A stretch of 64,000 nt of DNA from Deltaproteobacteria bacterium (GCA_029261835.1 JAJDAO010000031.1:18-64017); one strand, 5' to 3'. Shown: positions 29,772 to 40,485, counted from the stretch's first letter. The notes: generated by a model from the sequence alone, not told the origin. Numbers and translations are program-made.

Positions 29772-30725
29772 ATGGTCAAGATCCCTGAGCGCAAGCTGTC
29801 GACGTCAGACGCGCTTCATCAGCACTACGAAGAGAGCGGCTCCGACTGGCGCCGCGATCATCTCGGCGCCTCGTTGATCGGGCGTGAATGCACGCGCCAG
29901 CTCTGGTACGGGTTCCGATGGTCTGCCGCTCCGAAGTTCCCCGGACGCGTGCTCAGGCTGTTCGAGCGCGGTCAACGCGAAGAAGAGTGGCTCGCGCGCG
30001 ACCTGCGTGCGATCGGCGTCGATCTCAGGACAACGCAGGAAGACAGCGAGGATCAGATTCGCGTTCTGCTTTTCCCGCACTTCGGCGGATCGTGCGACGG
30101 CGTCGGACTCGGATTTCTCGAAGCTCCGAAGACGTGGCATGTCTGGGAGTGCAAGACGTCGAACGCAAAGCAGTTCGCGATCCTGAAGAAGCAGGGCGTC
30201 GAGAAGGCGAAGCCTGAGCACTACGCGCAGATGCAGCTCTACATGCACGGCCTGAAGCTAAAGCGCGCGTTCTACCAGTGCGTTTGCAAAGACAACGACG
30301 AGATCCATCAAGAGCGCATTCACTACGACCGTGCGTTCGCCGAGTCGCTCATCGCCAAGGCCGATCACGTCGTCTTCGCAAGCGAGCCGCTCTCGAAGAT
30401 CTCAGAAAACCCGACGTTCTATAAGTGCAAGTGGTGCGACTTCGCGGGCATCTGCCAGTATCGCGAGGTCGAGTCGCTCGAACGCAACTGCCGAACATGC
30501 GCGAGCGTCACTTGCATGAAGGACGGGACTTGGCGATGCGATCATTTCCAAAAGACGCTGACGCCTCAAGAGCAGCGCGATGGATGCGGCCAGCATCTTT
30601 TCATCCCTAAGATGCTCCCGTGGGAGCCTCGAGATTTCGACGAGATCGCTCGCGCAATGACCTACATCGATGAGCAGGGCGCGCGCGTCATCGACCAGGG
30701 CGGCGAGCTGACGGTTCGTCCCTGA
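29772..30725 (+). CDS. PD-(D/E)xK exonuclease (Cas4/YqaJ-like)
   Basis: HLGASLIGREC, GSCDG, WECKT, HYAQMQLYM, CKWC motifs. Confidence 0.85.
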   Translation: MVKIPERKLSTSDALHQHYEESGSDWRRDHLGASLIGRECTRQLWYGFRWSAAPKFPGRVLRLFERGQREEEWLARDLRAIGVDLRTTQEDSEDQIRVLLFPHFGGSCDGVGLGFLEAPKTWHVWECKTSNAKQFAILKKQGVEKAKPEHYAQMQLYMHGLKLKRAFYQCVCKDNDEIHQERIHYDRAFAESLIAKADHVVFASEPLSKISENPTFYKCKWCDFAGICQYREVESLERNCRTCASVTCMKDGTWRCDHFQKTLTPQEQRDGCGQHLFIPKMLPWEPRDFDEIARAMTYIDEQGARVIDQGGELTVRP

Positions 30726-32386
30726 TGTCCGTTCTCGTTCCGCGCGACTATCAAGAGGCGTGCATCGCTGCGCATTACAGCTACTTCGATCACGCCACTG
30801 GGAACCCGTTGTTCGTGGTGCCTACGGGCGGCGGCAAGTCGCTGATCATCGCTGAGTTCATCAAGCGCACGCTGTCGCGATGGAAGCACACTCGAATCCT
30901 CGTGCTGACGCACGTCAAAGAGCTGATCGAGCAGAACCACGATGAGCTGCTTTCGCAGTGGGGCGGCACGTTCTGCCCGGTCGGTATCTATTCGGCCGGC
31001 GCAGGGCGGCGCGACGTCCATGATCAGATCATCTTCGCGGGCATTCAGTCGATCTGGGACAAGGCCGAACTGCTCGGTCACTTCGATCTTGTGCTCATCG
31101 ACGAAGCACACTTGGTTCCGAAGAAAGGCCAAGGCCGATACCTGAGCTACCTCGAAGATCTTCGAGCAATCAATCCGCGAGCGCGTGTGTGCGGCTACAC
31201 GGCGACGCACTATCGCTTGGATGGCGGCTACCTTCACTCCGGCGAAGGCCGCATGTTCACCGAAGTCGCCTACGACGTTCCTGTCGAGCTGCTGATCGAG
31301 CAGGGGTATCTAGCGCCGCTCGTTGCGAAGAGGCCCGAGCATGTCATCAACACTGAAGGCCTCGGCATGTCGGCCGGCGACTTCAAGAGCGGCGAGCTTG
31401 AAGCCGCTGCCATGGCTGGCGAGTGCGTCGAGCTTGCCGTCGCCGAGACCGTTCAAATCGCGCGCGCAGAGAATAGAAAATCACTGCTCTTCTTCGCGTC
31501 AGGCATCAGCCACGCCGAGAAGATTATCGACGAGCTTGCAAGCCATGATGTCGAAGCGCTCGGGGTGTTCGGTGGAACCCCGAAGGAATCTCGGGCCGAC
31601 ACTGTCTCGCGATTCAAAAACGGAGAACTCGAAGCGCTCGTGAATGTTGGCGTTCTAACGACGGGATTCAACGCGCCTCGATGCGACTTGATGGCAGTCA
31701 TGCGCGCGACGCATTCGGCTTCGCTTTATGTTCAGATCATGGGACGCGGGATGCGCATCTTCCCCGGCAAGAAAGACTGTCTCGTTCTCGACTACGGGCT
31801 GAACGTCGAGCGCCACGGGCCGATCAATCGCGTGAAGCCGACGAAGCCAGGTTCTGGAAACGGAAAAAGCGAAACCCCCGTGAAAGAGTGCCCGGAGTGT
31901 CACGCGTATTCGATGCTCGCGGTAGGCGCCTGCTCGCACTGCGGATACGCATGGCCCGAAAGAAAGGCCGGCGTTAGCCATGAGAACGAAGCGAGCTTCG
32001 CCTCGCCGATCGACATGCAGCCCGAGAGACCGAACATCAAAAGGGTGACCGACATGTTCTTTCGGCGGCACACGAAGCCGGGCTCCCCCGACTCGATGCG
32101 CGTCGACTACGTTCTCGGCGTCACAGTCGTCAGCGAGTGGGTTTGCATCGAACACAAGGGATATGCGCAGCATCGCGCGGCGGAGTGGTGGCTGCGGTTT
32201 GCCAAACCCCCGTTCCCTTCGAGCGTCGATCAGGCGATCGAGCGATCCGACGAGATCAGAAGACCTGTCGCGATCTCGGTCAAGTTCGACCGGAAGTTCA
32301 ATCGCCCCGGAGCCGCATACTTCACCGAAGACGACCTTCCTAGCGCGATGCCGGCAGACGAGGCCGTCGAAGACATACCGTTCTAG
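30725..32386 (+). CDS. SF2 DEAH helicase (RadD/YejH-like) with Zn finger
   Basis: PTGGGKS, DEAH, TAT, QIMGRGMR, CPEC..CSHC. Confidence 0.92.
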   Translation: MSVLVPRDYQEACIAAHYSYFDHATGNPLFVVPTGGGKSLIIAEFIKRTLSRWKHTRILVLTHVKELIEQNHDELLSQWGGTFCPVGIYSAGAGRRDVHDQIIFAGIQSIWDKAELLGHFDLVLIDEAHLVPKKGQGRYLSYLEDLRAINPRARVCGYTATHYRLDGGYLHSGEGRMFTEVAYDVPVELLIEQGYLAPLVAKRPEHVINTEGLGMSAGDFKSGELEAAAMAGECVELAVAETVQIARAENRKSLLFFASGISHAEKIIDELASHDVEALGVFGGTPKESRADTVSRFKNGELEALVNVGVLTTGFNAPRCDLMAVMRATHSASLYVQIMGRGMRIFPGKKDCLVLDYGLNVERHGPINRVKPTKPGSGNGKSETPVKECPECHAYSMLAVGACSHCGYAWPERKAGVSHENEASFASPIDMQPERPNIKRVTDMFFRRHTKPGSPDSMRVDYVLGVTVVSEWVCIEHKGYAQHRAAEWWLRFAKPPFPSSVDQAIERSDEIRRPVAISVKFDRKFNRPGAAYFTEDDLPSAMPADEAVEDIPF

Positions 32387-32537
32387 ATGACCGGGCGTTC
32401 CGGTATTTGCCGACTTTGCATTTGTGCGAATCGGAGTTAGGGTGCTTCTGCGACCGATCAGGAAAGGCCGGCCGCTTTCAGGTCGCGGGCTTTTGAAGAG
32501 CGCGCGACGTTCCTCTCTAGGAGAACGAACCTTGAAG

Positions 32538-33050
32538 ATGTTCAGCACCTTCCTCGCTGCGATGCTGCTCGCGGCCTCTCTCTTCGGCGGCATGGTCAAC
32601 GCTACGCCGGTTGCAGGAGAACTCTCGTCGCCTGCAGCGTTCGCGTTCGACAACGAAGACGACTGGGGCCTTCCCGCTCTGACCGCCGTCGACATCGTCA
32701 CCGGACTCGAAACGCGCGTGTTCGAAAGCGGGCTTGTGCTCACGCTCGATCAGGACTTGTGGAGCGATCTTGAGCGTCGCGCTTCGCCCGCATTCGCCGC
32801 AGCGCTTGACGGCAGCGGCGGTACTGGCGACGAGTCGATCACTCTCGAATGGTGGTCTGGAAACATCAAGATCACGCTTCGCTTGACTCCGAAGGGAAGC
32901 GAGAAGCCGGGCGAGTTCGCTAAGCGGCTAGGCGACACGCTCGACACACTGCAGAAGTTCTTGCCCGACACCGGGCCGCCTAGCGGCGGCGGGCAAGGCA
33001 GCGGAGGCGGCGGCAGCGGCGGCGGCGCTGCCGGCAGCCTCGGCGGCTGA
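32538..33050 (+). CDS. Secreted hypothetical protein with Gly-rich tail
   Basis: Signal-peptide-like N-terminus; C-terminal GGGQGSGGGGSGGG. Confidence 0.65.
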   Translation: MFSTFLAAMLLAASLFGGMVNATPVAGELSSPAAFAFDNEDDWGLPALTAVDIVTGLETRVFESGLVLTLDQDLWSDLERRASPAFAAALDGSGGTGDESITLEWWSGNIKITLRLTPKGSEKPGEFAKRLGDTLDTLQKFLPDTGPPSGGGQGSGGGGSGGGAAGSLGG

Positions 33051-33073
33051 ACCGGAACAACAGCATCACCCTC

Positions 33074-33113
33074 GCGGCGGCTCGGCACTGAAGCCGGGCC
33101 GCCGCTTTTCTTT
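33074..33113 (+). terminator. Rho-independent terminator
   Basis: GCGGCGGCTCGGC...GCCGGGCCGCCGC then TTTTCTTT. Confidence 0.8.
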
Positions 33114-33127
33114 GGAGCGCGAGCACG

Positions 33128-33328
33128 ATGACCGATGAAGAGATGACGCAAGATGTGCGCGCGGCGCGAACCGCGATCGCGAACATTCTTCAAGACAAAA
33201 CACGCAGCAACCGTCAGGTTGTTTCCGACCTGTCGATGCTGAAGTCCGAGATCGACACTGCGATCCTCGCGGTTGTCATCGGTGGCATTGACGGCGCCGA
33301 CTCTTCCCGAAAGGAGCGATCGCCTTGA
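33128..33328 (+). CDS. Hypothetical protein
   Basis: GGAG RBS; short ORF. Confidence 0.5.
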   Translation: MTDEEMTQDVRAARTAIANILQDKTRSNRQVVSDLSMLKSEIDTAILAVVIGGIDGADSSRKERSP

Positions 33329-33633
33329 CCTCTTTGAAAGGCCTGCTCGAACCGTCGCCGTCTGGCGCACGTCTCACGAAGCCTCAAGCCGGCATGATCT
33401 GCGCCGTCGTCGCCGAGGCGCTGCGCACGAGATCCACGGAGTCGCCAGACGTGCGCGACCTCGCTCAGCGCGTGATCATGGAGGCTGTCGCCGCATGGCC
33501 CACTGATCGGAGCTGCGTGACGTGCGGCTTCGAAAGCGAAGGCCACCACTGCGAGAGATGGGACAAGTCCGTTCCTGACCACATCGTCGACGTGGGCTGC
33601 GACGAGTGGGAAGAGCACGGAGTTCCGTTTTGA
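33325..33633 (+). CDS. Cys-rich hypothetical protein
   Basis: SCVTC...HC...GCDEW; ends in VPF. Confidence 0.6.
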   Translation: MTSLKGLLEPSPSGARLTKPQAGMICAVVAEALRTRSTESPDVRDLAQRVIMEAVAAWPTDRSCVTCGFESEGHHCERWDKSVPDHIVDVGCDEWEEHGVPF

Positions 33634-33842
33634 ACGCCAGCGCCACGATCAAGGAAGCGCTTCTGCCGGCATGCCGCCCGTCGCTCTCTGGAAAGATGAT
33701 CTCTTTCAACGATGCGAGCGGGAGGCGTGTCGCGTTCTGGGGAGACGGTACAGGGCGCTGGCTTCGCTATCCGAGTTTTGATGAAGTAAGCGGCCCTGAC
33801 TCCCGGATCCTTCAGCGGCTCGCATTCGCTGAAGACTGACCA

Positions 33843-34082
33843 ATGACAGACGACATGATCGCGCGACCTCCGCACTACAACGCGACTTCGATCGAGCCGA
33901 TCTCCGTGATTCAAGATTGGTCGCTGAACTTCTGCCTTGGAAACGTCGTGAAGTACATCGCTCGCGCGCCACACAAGGGCAGCGAACTTCAAGACCTTCG
34001 TAAAGCCGCGCAGTACCTACAGTTTGAAATCGAACAGGCGGAGCGACGCGAGCCGAGCCAGGTTCAGGAAGGCTTCGGTTGA
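33843..34082 (+). CDS. DUF3310 (T7 gp1.7-like) protein
   Basis: PPHYN...FCLGNVVKYIARAPHKG...DLRKAAQYL. Confidence 0.88.
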   Translation: MTDDMIARPPHYNATSIEPISVIQDWSLNFCLGNVVKYIARAPHKGSELQDLRKAAQYLQFEIEQAERREPSQVQEGFG

Positions 34083-34263
34083 AATACGAAACGCGCATGA
34101 AGCTCGCGCGGTTCTTCAGGCTTTGCGCGATCGCTTCGGCTGCTTGGCTTTCGTGGGAGCTGGCGCACTACATCTAGTGCCCGGTCGAGCAGCGCGGCGG
34201 ATTCGTCAATAATGCAACTTGGCATTTGCTCGAAGCGCGCGCGCGCCGTTAGTATCCGCTGCC

Positions 34264-36906
34264 ATGGGAGCCCGTCACTTACAGCTCGCGCTTTCATACG
34301 CCGAGCTTGGATGGCAGGTCTTCCCGGTCCACTCGGTCGACGCGGACGGCAAGTGCTCATGCCATGACCCCGGCGGTCCAAACTGCTCGCCGGGCAAGCA
34401 TCCGCGCACGCGTCACGGACTGAAAGACGCAACCGATCTCGAAGAGACTGTCGTCGAGTGGTGGTCGCGATGGCCTGACGCGAACATCGGCATCGCGACG
34501 GGAGAGGCGTCGGGCCTTTGGGTTCTCGACGTCGACATTCGTTTCGATCGATCGACCGGCGAGATCAAGACCGACGGCGAGGCGTCACTCGCAAAACTCG
34601 AGGCCGACAACGAAGCTCTTCCGAGCACGATGACGGCCAAGACCGGCGGCGGCGGTCGGCACATCTATTTCGCGTGGGACTCCGACGTTCCTGTCGGATG
34701 CCCCGGCGGCATGCCGAAGGGAATCGACATCAAGGGCGAGGGCGGCTACGTCTTGGCCCCGCCGTCGCTACATGCCTCTGGCATCCGCTACGCGTGGCTC
34801 TCCGACCCCGAGACCTCTCCGCTCGCGCCGGCGCCGCCGTGGCTCGTCAGGCGCGTCCTGAGCGGCCCTGAGCGCGGCCACGGCTCTCCGCCGGCCGGAG
34901 ACAGCCGCGACCCGCCGCAGGCCGGCACGCCGGCGCCCTGCGGCCCTCTGGCAGCCGTCGACGGCGTCGACGAAGAGATGCTTCAGGCCTTGGCGACGAT
35001 CCCGCCGAACGTCGGGTACGAAGATTGGCTCGCCGTGGCGATGGGCCTTCACGAAGAGACCGGCGGAAGCGAAGCCGGATTCGGCGTCTTCCTCTCGTGG
35101 TCGGCGCGAGCCGAGGGCTTGCTGACGCCGAGCGGGAAGCCAGCCTTCGCCGGCGAAGGCGGGTGTCGCGCCAAGTGGAACAGCTTCTCGACATCCATCG
35201 GGAAGAACTCGCGCGGCCGGCGGACGGTCTTCGACATCGCGATCCGGCGCTTCGGCTTCAGGCCTCTGAAGCTGCCCGAGCAACAGAACGACGCTTCGCC
35301 GGCGCAAGCGATGCCGGCACTCTCGCTGAAGCCAGAGTGGATTTGGGATCGACACGCAGCGCCAGAGTTCCCGATCGATGAAGCCTTCCCGCCCGCGCTG
35401 ACATGGCTTCGCGAGTTCCTGAAGAAGCTCGCGTGGACCTATCAAGTCCCGGTCGACCTTCCGGTTCTACTCGCGGCCCCGATCGCAATGTCGGCGCTCG
35501 CCGGCAAACTCGAAGTGAAGGTTCCCGGCGAGCGCTGGAAAGAGCCGGCCGTACTCTGGACGATCTGCGCGATGACATCGGGCTCGGGCAAATCTCCCGT
35601 TCACAGAGATCTGATTCGGCCTGTGCGCGAATGGGAAAAGGCGCTCGACAACAGCTCCGCCGAAGCCGAGCACGCAACGCGACTGATGCTCGCCGAGTCC
35701 GACATCAAGCGCGCGCTGCGCGAAGTAGAGAAGACCGCCAAGGGTCTGAACGAAGAGTCGAAGAAGCGCGCGGCTGACGAGCTGCTCGAAGCGAACAAGA
35801 AGCTCGCTTTCGCGAAGGCCTCGGTCGTCACGAGCGACGCGATTATCGCATCGGAGGCAACCTCCGAGCGACTCGTCGAACTGCTTCAGCGCAGCCAAGG
35901 TCGCGTGCTCGTCTCGGACTCGGAGGGCGACACGTTTGATGTCGCGATGGGGCGCTACAGCAGCGGCGCCCCGAACCTCGGCCCATGGCTAAAGGGGTAC
36001 GACGGAGATCAGATCAAGCAAGAGCGCATCGGTGGCGACCGCGTTGTTCACAGGCCGCTGATCAACGTCGGCGTTGCGACGCAGCCAGAGGCTCTGCAGT
36101 TTCTTTCGGACAAGGTCGCGCAGGGCCGAGGCTTTGTAGCCAGGTTCGCGGCCGCCATCGTGTCGCCGTCCGTAGGGCGCCGGTTCATGCCGGGCCGCGA
36201 CATGGAAGACGCTGAGTTCTCGCAGTGGGAGCGACGCATTACCGAACTGCTCAACGTGAAGCGCATCGAAGAGCCCGACGAGATCACGCTCAGTGAAGAG
36301 GCGCGGCGTGAGTTCGCGGAGTGGGGGCAAGACCTATTCAGCGAGATGGACAAGATCGAGATCGACGAGGGCGAAGATCCGCGCGATGCATGGCATCGCA
36401 AATACCCCGGCAAGGTGCTGCGCATCGCGCTTCTTCTTCACGGCATCCAGGAAGACGGCCTGCGCCGAGCCGTCATCGACCTTCACACGATGCGCGCTGC
36501 GATTGCATGGGGTCAGTACCTCGCAGGGCATAACAAGTCGATCTCTGCGACACTGCGAGACGACCCCGAGCTTCGCATCGCCGAGCGCGCGCTCGAATGG
36601 CTCGATCGAAAAGGCTACAGCGGAAAGACGTTCACGCGCCGCGACCTTCAGCGCGGCCTGCAGGGCGGACGCTCTTCAGTGAAGACCGTCCACGATCTCG
36701 CCGGGCCTCTCGCCGTACTCGTCGAAACGAACTGGATAACCGGCATCGGAAAGCCTGTCGCCGCAAGCGGGCCGAGGCCGCAGACATGGAAGACCTACCA
36801 AGTGAACGCCTCGCTCTCTGAGACGCTCGACGAGCACAGGGCCGCGCCGGCGAACCCGTCACGCGAGAAGCTAAAGGCCGAAGACGGCCGCCCGAAGCGA
36901 TGGTAG
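34264..36906 (+). CDS. Bifunctional primase-polymerase (Prim-Pol + PriCT + DUF3987 helicase-like)
   Basis: GWQVFP, ANIGIATG, VLDVD, GGGRHIYF, YEDWLAVAMGLH, SGSGKS, GFVARF motifs. Confidence 0.9.
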   Translation: MGARHLQLALSYAELGWQVFPVHSVDADGKCSCHDPGGPNCSPGKHPRTRHGLKDATDLEETVVEWWSRWPDANIGIATGEASGLWVLDVDIRFDRSTGEIKTDGEASLAKLEADNEALPSTMTAKTGGGGRHIYFAWDSDVPVGCPGGMPKGIDIKGEGGYVLAPPSLHASGIRYAWLSDPETSPLAPAPPWLVRRVLSGPERGHGSPPAGDSRDPPQAGTPAPCGPLAAVDGVDEEMLQALATIPPNVGYEDWLAVAMGLHEETGGSEAGFGVFLSWSARAEGLLTPSGKPAFAGEGGCRAKWNSFSTSIGKNSRGRRTVFDIAIRRFGFRPLKLPEQQNDASPAQAMPALSLKPEWIWDRHAAPEFPIDEAFPPALTWLREFLKKLAWTYQVPVDLPVLLAAPIAMSALAGKLEVKVPGERWKEPAVLWTICAMTSGSGKSPVHRDLIRPVREWEKALDNSSAEAEHATRLMLAESDIKRALREVEKTAKGLNEESKKRAADELLEANKKLAFAKASVVTSDAIIASEATSERLVELLQRSQGRVLVSDSEGDTFDVAMGRYSSGAPNLGPWLKGYDGDQIKQERIGGDRVVHRPLINVGVATQPEALQFLSDKVAQGRGFVARFAAAIVSPSVGRRFMPGRDMEDAEFSQWERRITELLNVKRIEEPDEITLSEEARREFAEWGQDLFSEMDKIEIDEGEDPRDAWHRKYPGKVLRIALLLHGIQEDGLRRAVIDLHTMRAAIAWGQYLAGHNKSISATLRDDPELRIAERALEWLDRKGYSGKTFTRRDLQRGLQGGRSSVKTVHDLAGPLAVLVETNWITGIGKPVAASGPRPQTWKTYQVNASLSETLDEHRAAPANPSREKLKAEDGRPKRW

Positions 36907-37144
36907 CGCAGCGATTTGCACGTTCTGCCGAACGGGTGTTTACTAGTGAACTTGCATTTTGTTCGCTAGGGGCGCTCGCTATGATCGAATCCTTTCTTTT
37001 TCAGTCGCAGGAGCACGTCGAGATCTGGTGCAAGCTGACCATCTTCTCGCTTCTGCTTGTCGCAGCGTTCCTGATGATCTCGGGGCGCCTGTTCGACTTC
37101 GTCGACAAGGTTGACGGGACGTCGGCGCGAGAGGATCGCAGGCC

Positions 37145-37426
37145 GTGAGCGATCAAGGCCATATGTTCGAGCATGGCTCGGCGCGAGAAGTCTCACGCAA
37201 AATCGAGCGACCGGCAATGGATGTCGTCGAGTCAGGCTTGACCGCGCTCGAAGCCAAGATGCCAAACCGAAAGACGCGCGTCAGGGTCGACGCGTTTCTT
37301 GTTCTCAAGGGCGGGCGGGCTTGGCCGATTCCGAGCGACGCAAAGATCAGGCTTGAGATCGTCGAGCGCGTTGTCGAGTTCGACAGCGATCGCAAGCCGA
37401 TCAGCGGCGGATCGCATGCCGACTAA
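37145..37426 (+). CDS. Hypothetical protein
   Basis: ORF in tightly packed + strand run. Confidence 0.45.
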   Translation: MSDQGHMFEHGSAREVSRKIERPAMDVVESGLTALEAKMPNRKTRVRVDAFLVLKGGRAWPIPSDAKIRLEIVERVVEFDSDRKPISGGSHAD

Positions 37427-37760
37427 TCGACCGCGACGGCAGTGCGCAAAATGCCCGTGGAAGGTTGCGGCAGATCCACATGACATTCCCGGAGGATACA
37501 GCGAAGAGAAGCACGCGAATCTGTCAGGAACCATCTCAGCAGGATTCGACGTTTTGAAAATGTTCGAGCCACTGCGCATCATGGCCTGCCACGAGACGCC
37601 GACGACGCACGAGCTGCCTTGCGTCGGATGGATCGCACATCAAGCCGGCGAAGGGAACAACGTTCGCTTGCGCATGGCGATCGCGCAGGGCTCGGTCGAC
37701 GCAAACGTCGAGACCGTCGGCGATCAGCATTCGAGTTTCGAAGACACTCTCCCGCGATAG
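37416..37760 (+). CDS. DUF6283-like Cys-rich protein
   Basis: CAKCPWK, MACHET, PCVGW, NVRLR. Confidence 0.7.
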   Translation: MPTNRPRRQCAKCPWKVAADPHDIPGGYSEEKHANLSGTISAGFDVLKMFEPLRIMACHETPTTHELPCVGWIAHQAGEGNNVRLRMAIAQGSVDANVETVGDQHSSFEDTLPR

Positions 37761-37769
37761 GGCTAGCTA

Positions 37770-38264
37770 ATGGGCTGGGCGAACTGCGGCTACAACCGCG
37801 AGCACGGCGTTTGGATGGGCTACGCGCACGACGGAATCTGCATGGAACCAGGTTGCGACGAGATCATAGATCACGGCGTCAGCTACGCATGCGGCGGCAT
37901 GCACGAAGGCGGCGAGCTTGGATGCGGTCGCTACTTCTGCGGTTCGCATCTCAGCTCGGCGTCGCATCCCGTCGACGAGACGGCCTTTATTTTGCGCGAG
38001 CCAGGGTCGCCGGCGATCGCGACCGATGTCGACACGTTCATCCTGACTCAGCTTTGCCGGATCTGCAGAGCTGCCATCGAAGCCGCGCTTCAGTGCGAAG
38101 TGCTGTCGCCGGCCGGATTCCTAGAAGCCGCCGCGACGCTGCGCAAGGCGACCGGATCATGGCCCGACGTGCTGATCATCGGTAGCGACGAGCTTCAGCC
38201 GTTCGCCGACCGACTCATGATGCTTCACTCGATTGCACGTTCTCAGCCAGGGTTTTCGCCATGA
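37770..38264 (+). CDS. Cys-rich (Zn-binding) phage protein
   Basis: MGWANCG...CMEPGC...YACGGMH..GCGRYFCGSH. Confidence 0.7.
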   Translation: MGWANCGYNREHGVWMGYAHDGICMEPGCDEIIDHGVSYACGGMHEGGELGCGRYFCGSHLSSASHPVDETAFILREPGSPAIATDVDTFILTQLCRICRAAIEAALQCEVLSPAGFLEAAATLRKATGSWPDVLIIGSDELQPFADRLMMLHSIARSQPGFSP

Positions 38265-38576
38265 CGGACGCGGCATTTGCCCCGGAGTTCTTTCGCTACG
38301 GCGTCTTCAGCCCCGAAGGACTTCTCTGCTCGGAGATCTCGGAGAGCGAGGCGCATGCATGGTGGTCGGCGTCGAGCATCTCGCGAATCAGCGCGAACAA
38401 TCTGCGCTCTCGCGGCTACACGCTGCATCGCGCAGTCTGCCGGTTCGACGGCGCTCCCGTGAAAGGAAACGCCTAGTCCGCTGTTGCCTTGCGCGTCGGC
38501 GCTTCGCGTACATTGTAGGTCGCGTCTTGCGCAAGGCGCGCAAGACCTCGCTTAGCACCTACGCGGAGATGCACCT

Positions 38577-40433
38577 ATGGGCCGGCCCGTTCCATCGCTC
38601 ACGCTCGAAAAACTCGAGAAAGAGTTCCGTCTCGAAGAAGACGGCAAGTATCCGATTCATGTCGACGGCGACCTCGTCGGCTGGGCCTACCGATTCGGCC
38701 GAGAGTACGGCATCGAGTACGGCGACCTAGCTCTCGCCGCTCAGGAAGGCGTCGACCTGTCACGCGACCTCGACATCGGGCCTGCGCTCGTTACGGTTCA
38801 TTCGCACGACGGCAGTCAGGTTCTCGACGTCTTCGAGACGGAGTCGAAGCCGGTTCCATTTTGCACGCGTCTGCCGTTCTTCCTTCCGGGCGACGCGCCG
38901 TTCAGGGTCGACAAGCGCGACGTCGCCTATCGCGACTTCCTGATCGGCGGCGGGCCGACGCTCGACGAAGTGCCCGTCGGCGACCTCGATCGCTTCTATC
39001 GCTGGGGTCCGAGCCCCGACCCCGAAGACACTGACGCGACCGGCAGCGGTCGCGTGCATGCACATCGCAGCCCGGTCGAGATGTCGATCCTCGTTCGCGA
39101 CATCGTGCTTGGTGAGCAGCCGACGCACGAACAAGCGGCCGACCTCGATCGATGGATCGTCGAGCAATGCGCGCGCGGCTACTGGGCTACGCTCTGGATG
39201 AAGCCGCGCACGCTCGAAGACAAGCCGACCTATACGGGCGCCGACGTCGTCAGGATCGACGAGTTCGAGGTCTACGACGCACACGCCATGCGCGACTACA
39301 TTGTGCCCGGCGATGACTTCGAAGGGCCGCCCGGACTCGTTCTCGGCAACGGATACCGCGTCATGCTCGGAGGCTTCTGGGCGGGATTCGGTCGGCGCCT
39401 TCCCGAAGGCGTCGACTGGGATGGTTCCGGCCTCGCCGCCGGCAGCTCGCTGCATATGACCGTCGACTCGCTCGTCTTCGGCGCCGTGTTCTTCCGCAGC
39501 CAGGTTGCGGCCGAAGGCGCGCTGTCGCACTTCCAAGCTGCAAGCTCGTTCTTGTGGGCCGGCGAGAAGTGGCCGAGTCGCGGGCACGGCTGGCAGCTCG
39601 ACTGCGGAGCGAAGCTCGCTCCGGTGCTCCGCTACCAGAAGCCGCACGTCACGCACTCGGTCATCCGTTCAATCGAAAAGTCGCTCAACGTGCTTGCTGC
39701 TCAGAACAAGGGCGGCATGCCTGCGCCCGACAACGGCCAGACGATCGAGGGCGGGCACCTGACCTACGACGAGGTCAAGGTCGCGTTCGAAGATGTGATT
39801 CGCGCCGTGCATCCCGAGTGGAGTGACAAGCAGGTTCACGACGCCATCGTTCTCGGCGCGGAAAGCGACGCAGCTTTCTACGTCGGGATCCTGATCACGG
39901 GCCTCGACCATCTCCTGTCGCTTTGGGATGCCTACGGAGTTTGGCAGAAGCACCCCGACGGAGCACCAGCCGGAGCCGACATGCGACGCCTCGCGATGGA
40001 ACAGCACAAGTACGCGACGAACTTCCTCGTCAACATCTGCGCCAAGCCGAAGCTCGATGTTCATCAAGGAATCACTGCCGGCAAGCGCGTTCCGTCGGGC
40101 GGAATCTGGAGCGACGCCGGTACGGCGTTCGGCCTTGGCGAAGGCGGCGACGACGGGAACACGATCAAGGGCACGAACATTCGCTTTGTCGTCGGCGCGC
40201 TCGCGCTCTCGGCCACGCGTCACGGAATGCCCGAGATTCTCGAGATTGGCCGCACGACGCTCGGCATCTGCAATCAGGCGAAGTGGTGGAACGGGAAAGA
40301 CAAGACCGCCGCGATGCTCGAATGCCTGTGGCCTGTCGCCGCGCACTACGGATGGAACGGCACCTTCAACGTGAAGTCGCCATCGATCGTCGATCAAGGC
40401 AAGGCCGCTTCGACTGAGGTCGCGATCGTCTGA
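38577..40433 (+). CDS. Large hypothetical protein (618 aa)
   Basis: Long ORF with GGAGA RBS and downstream hairpin; no recognised family. Confidence 0.85.
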   Translation: MGRPVPSLTLEKLEKEFRLEEDGKYPIHVDGDLVGWAYRFGREYGIEYGDLALAAQEGVDLSRDLDIGPALVTVHSHDGSQVLDVFETESKPVPFCTRLPFFLPGDAPFRVDKRDVAYRDFLIGGGPTLDEVPVGDLDRFYRWGPSPDPEDTDATGSGRVHAHRSPVEMSILVRDIVLGEQPTHEQAADLDRWIVEQCARGYWATLWMKPRTLEDKPTYTGADVVRIDEFEVYDAHAMRDYIVPGDDFEGPPGLVLGNGYRVMLGGFWAGFGRRLPEGVDWDGSGLAAGSSLHMTVDSLVFGAVFFRSQVAAEGALSHFQAASSFLWAGEKWPSRGHGWQLDCGAKLAPVLRYQKPHVTHSVIRSIEKSLNVLAAQNKGGMPAPDNGQTIEGGHLTYDEVKVAFEDVIRAVHPEWSDKQVHDAIVLGAESDAAFYVGILITGLDHLLSLWDAYGVWQKHPDGAPAGADMRRLAMEQHKYATNFLVNICAKPKLDVHQGITAGKRVPSGGIWSDAGTAFGLGEGGDDGNTIKGTNIRFVVGALALSATRHGMPEILEIGRTTLGICNQAKWWNGKDKTAAMLECLWPVAAHYGWNGTFNVKSPSIVDQGKAASTEVAIV

Positions 40434-40485
40434 TCCGTGCTAGGCTCTGGGCGCTGGCATGGGTTGAGAGTCCCGAAAAGTAACT

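Noticed and set aside
29772-30725. Cas4 as evidence of a CRISPR system
   Set aside because: Lies in a standard Sak4-SSB-exonuclease-helicase phage module
40460-40476. GGGTTGAGAGTCCC mini-hairpin as another anticodon or T-loop mimic
   Set aside because: Only a 3-bp stem with no supporting structure; could be chance
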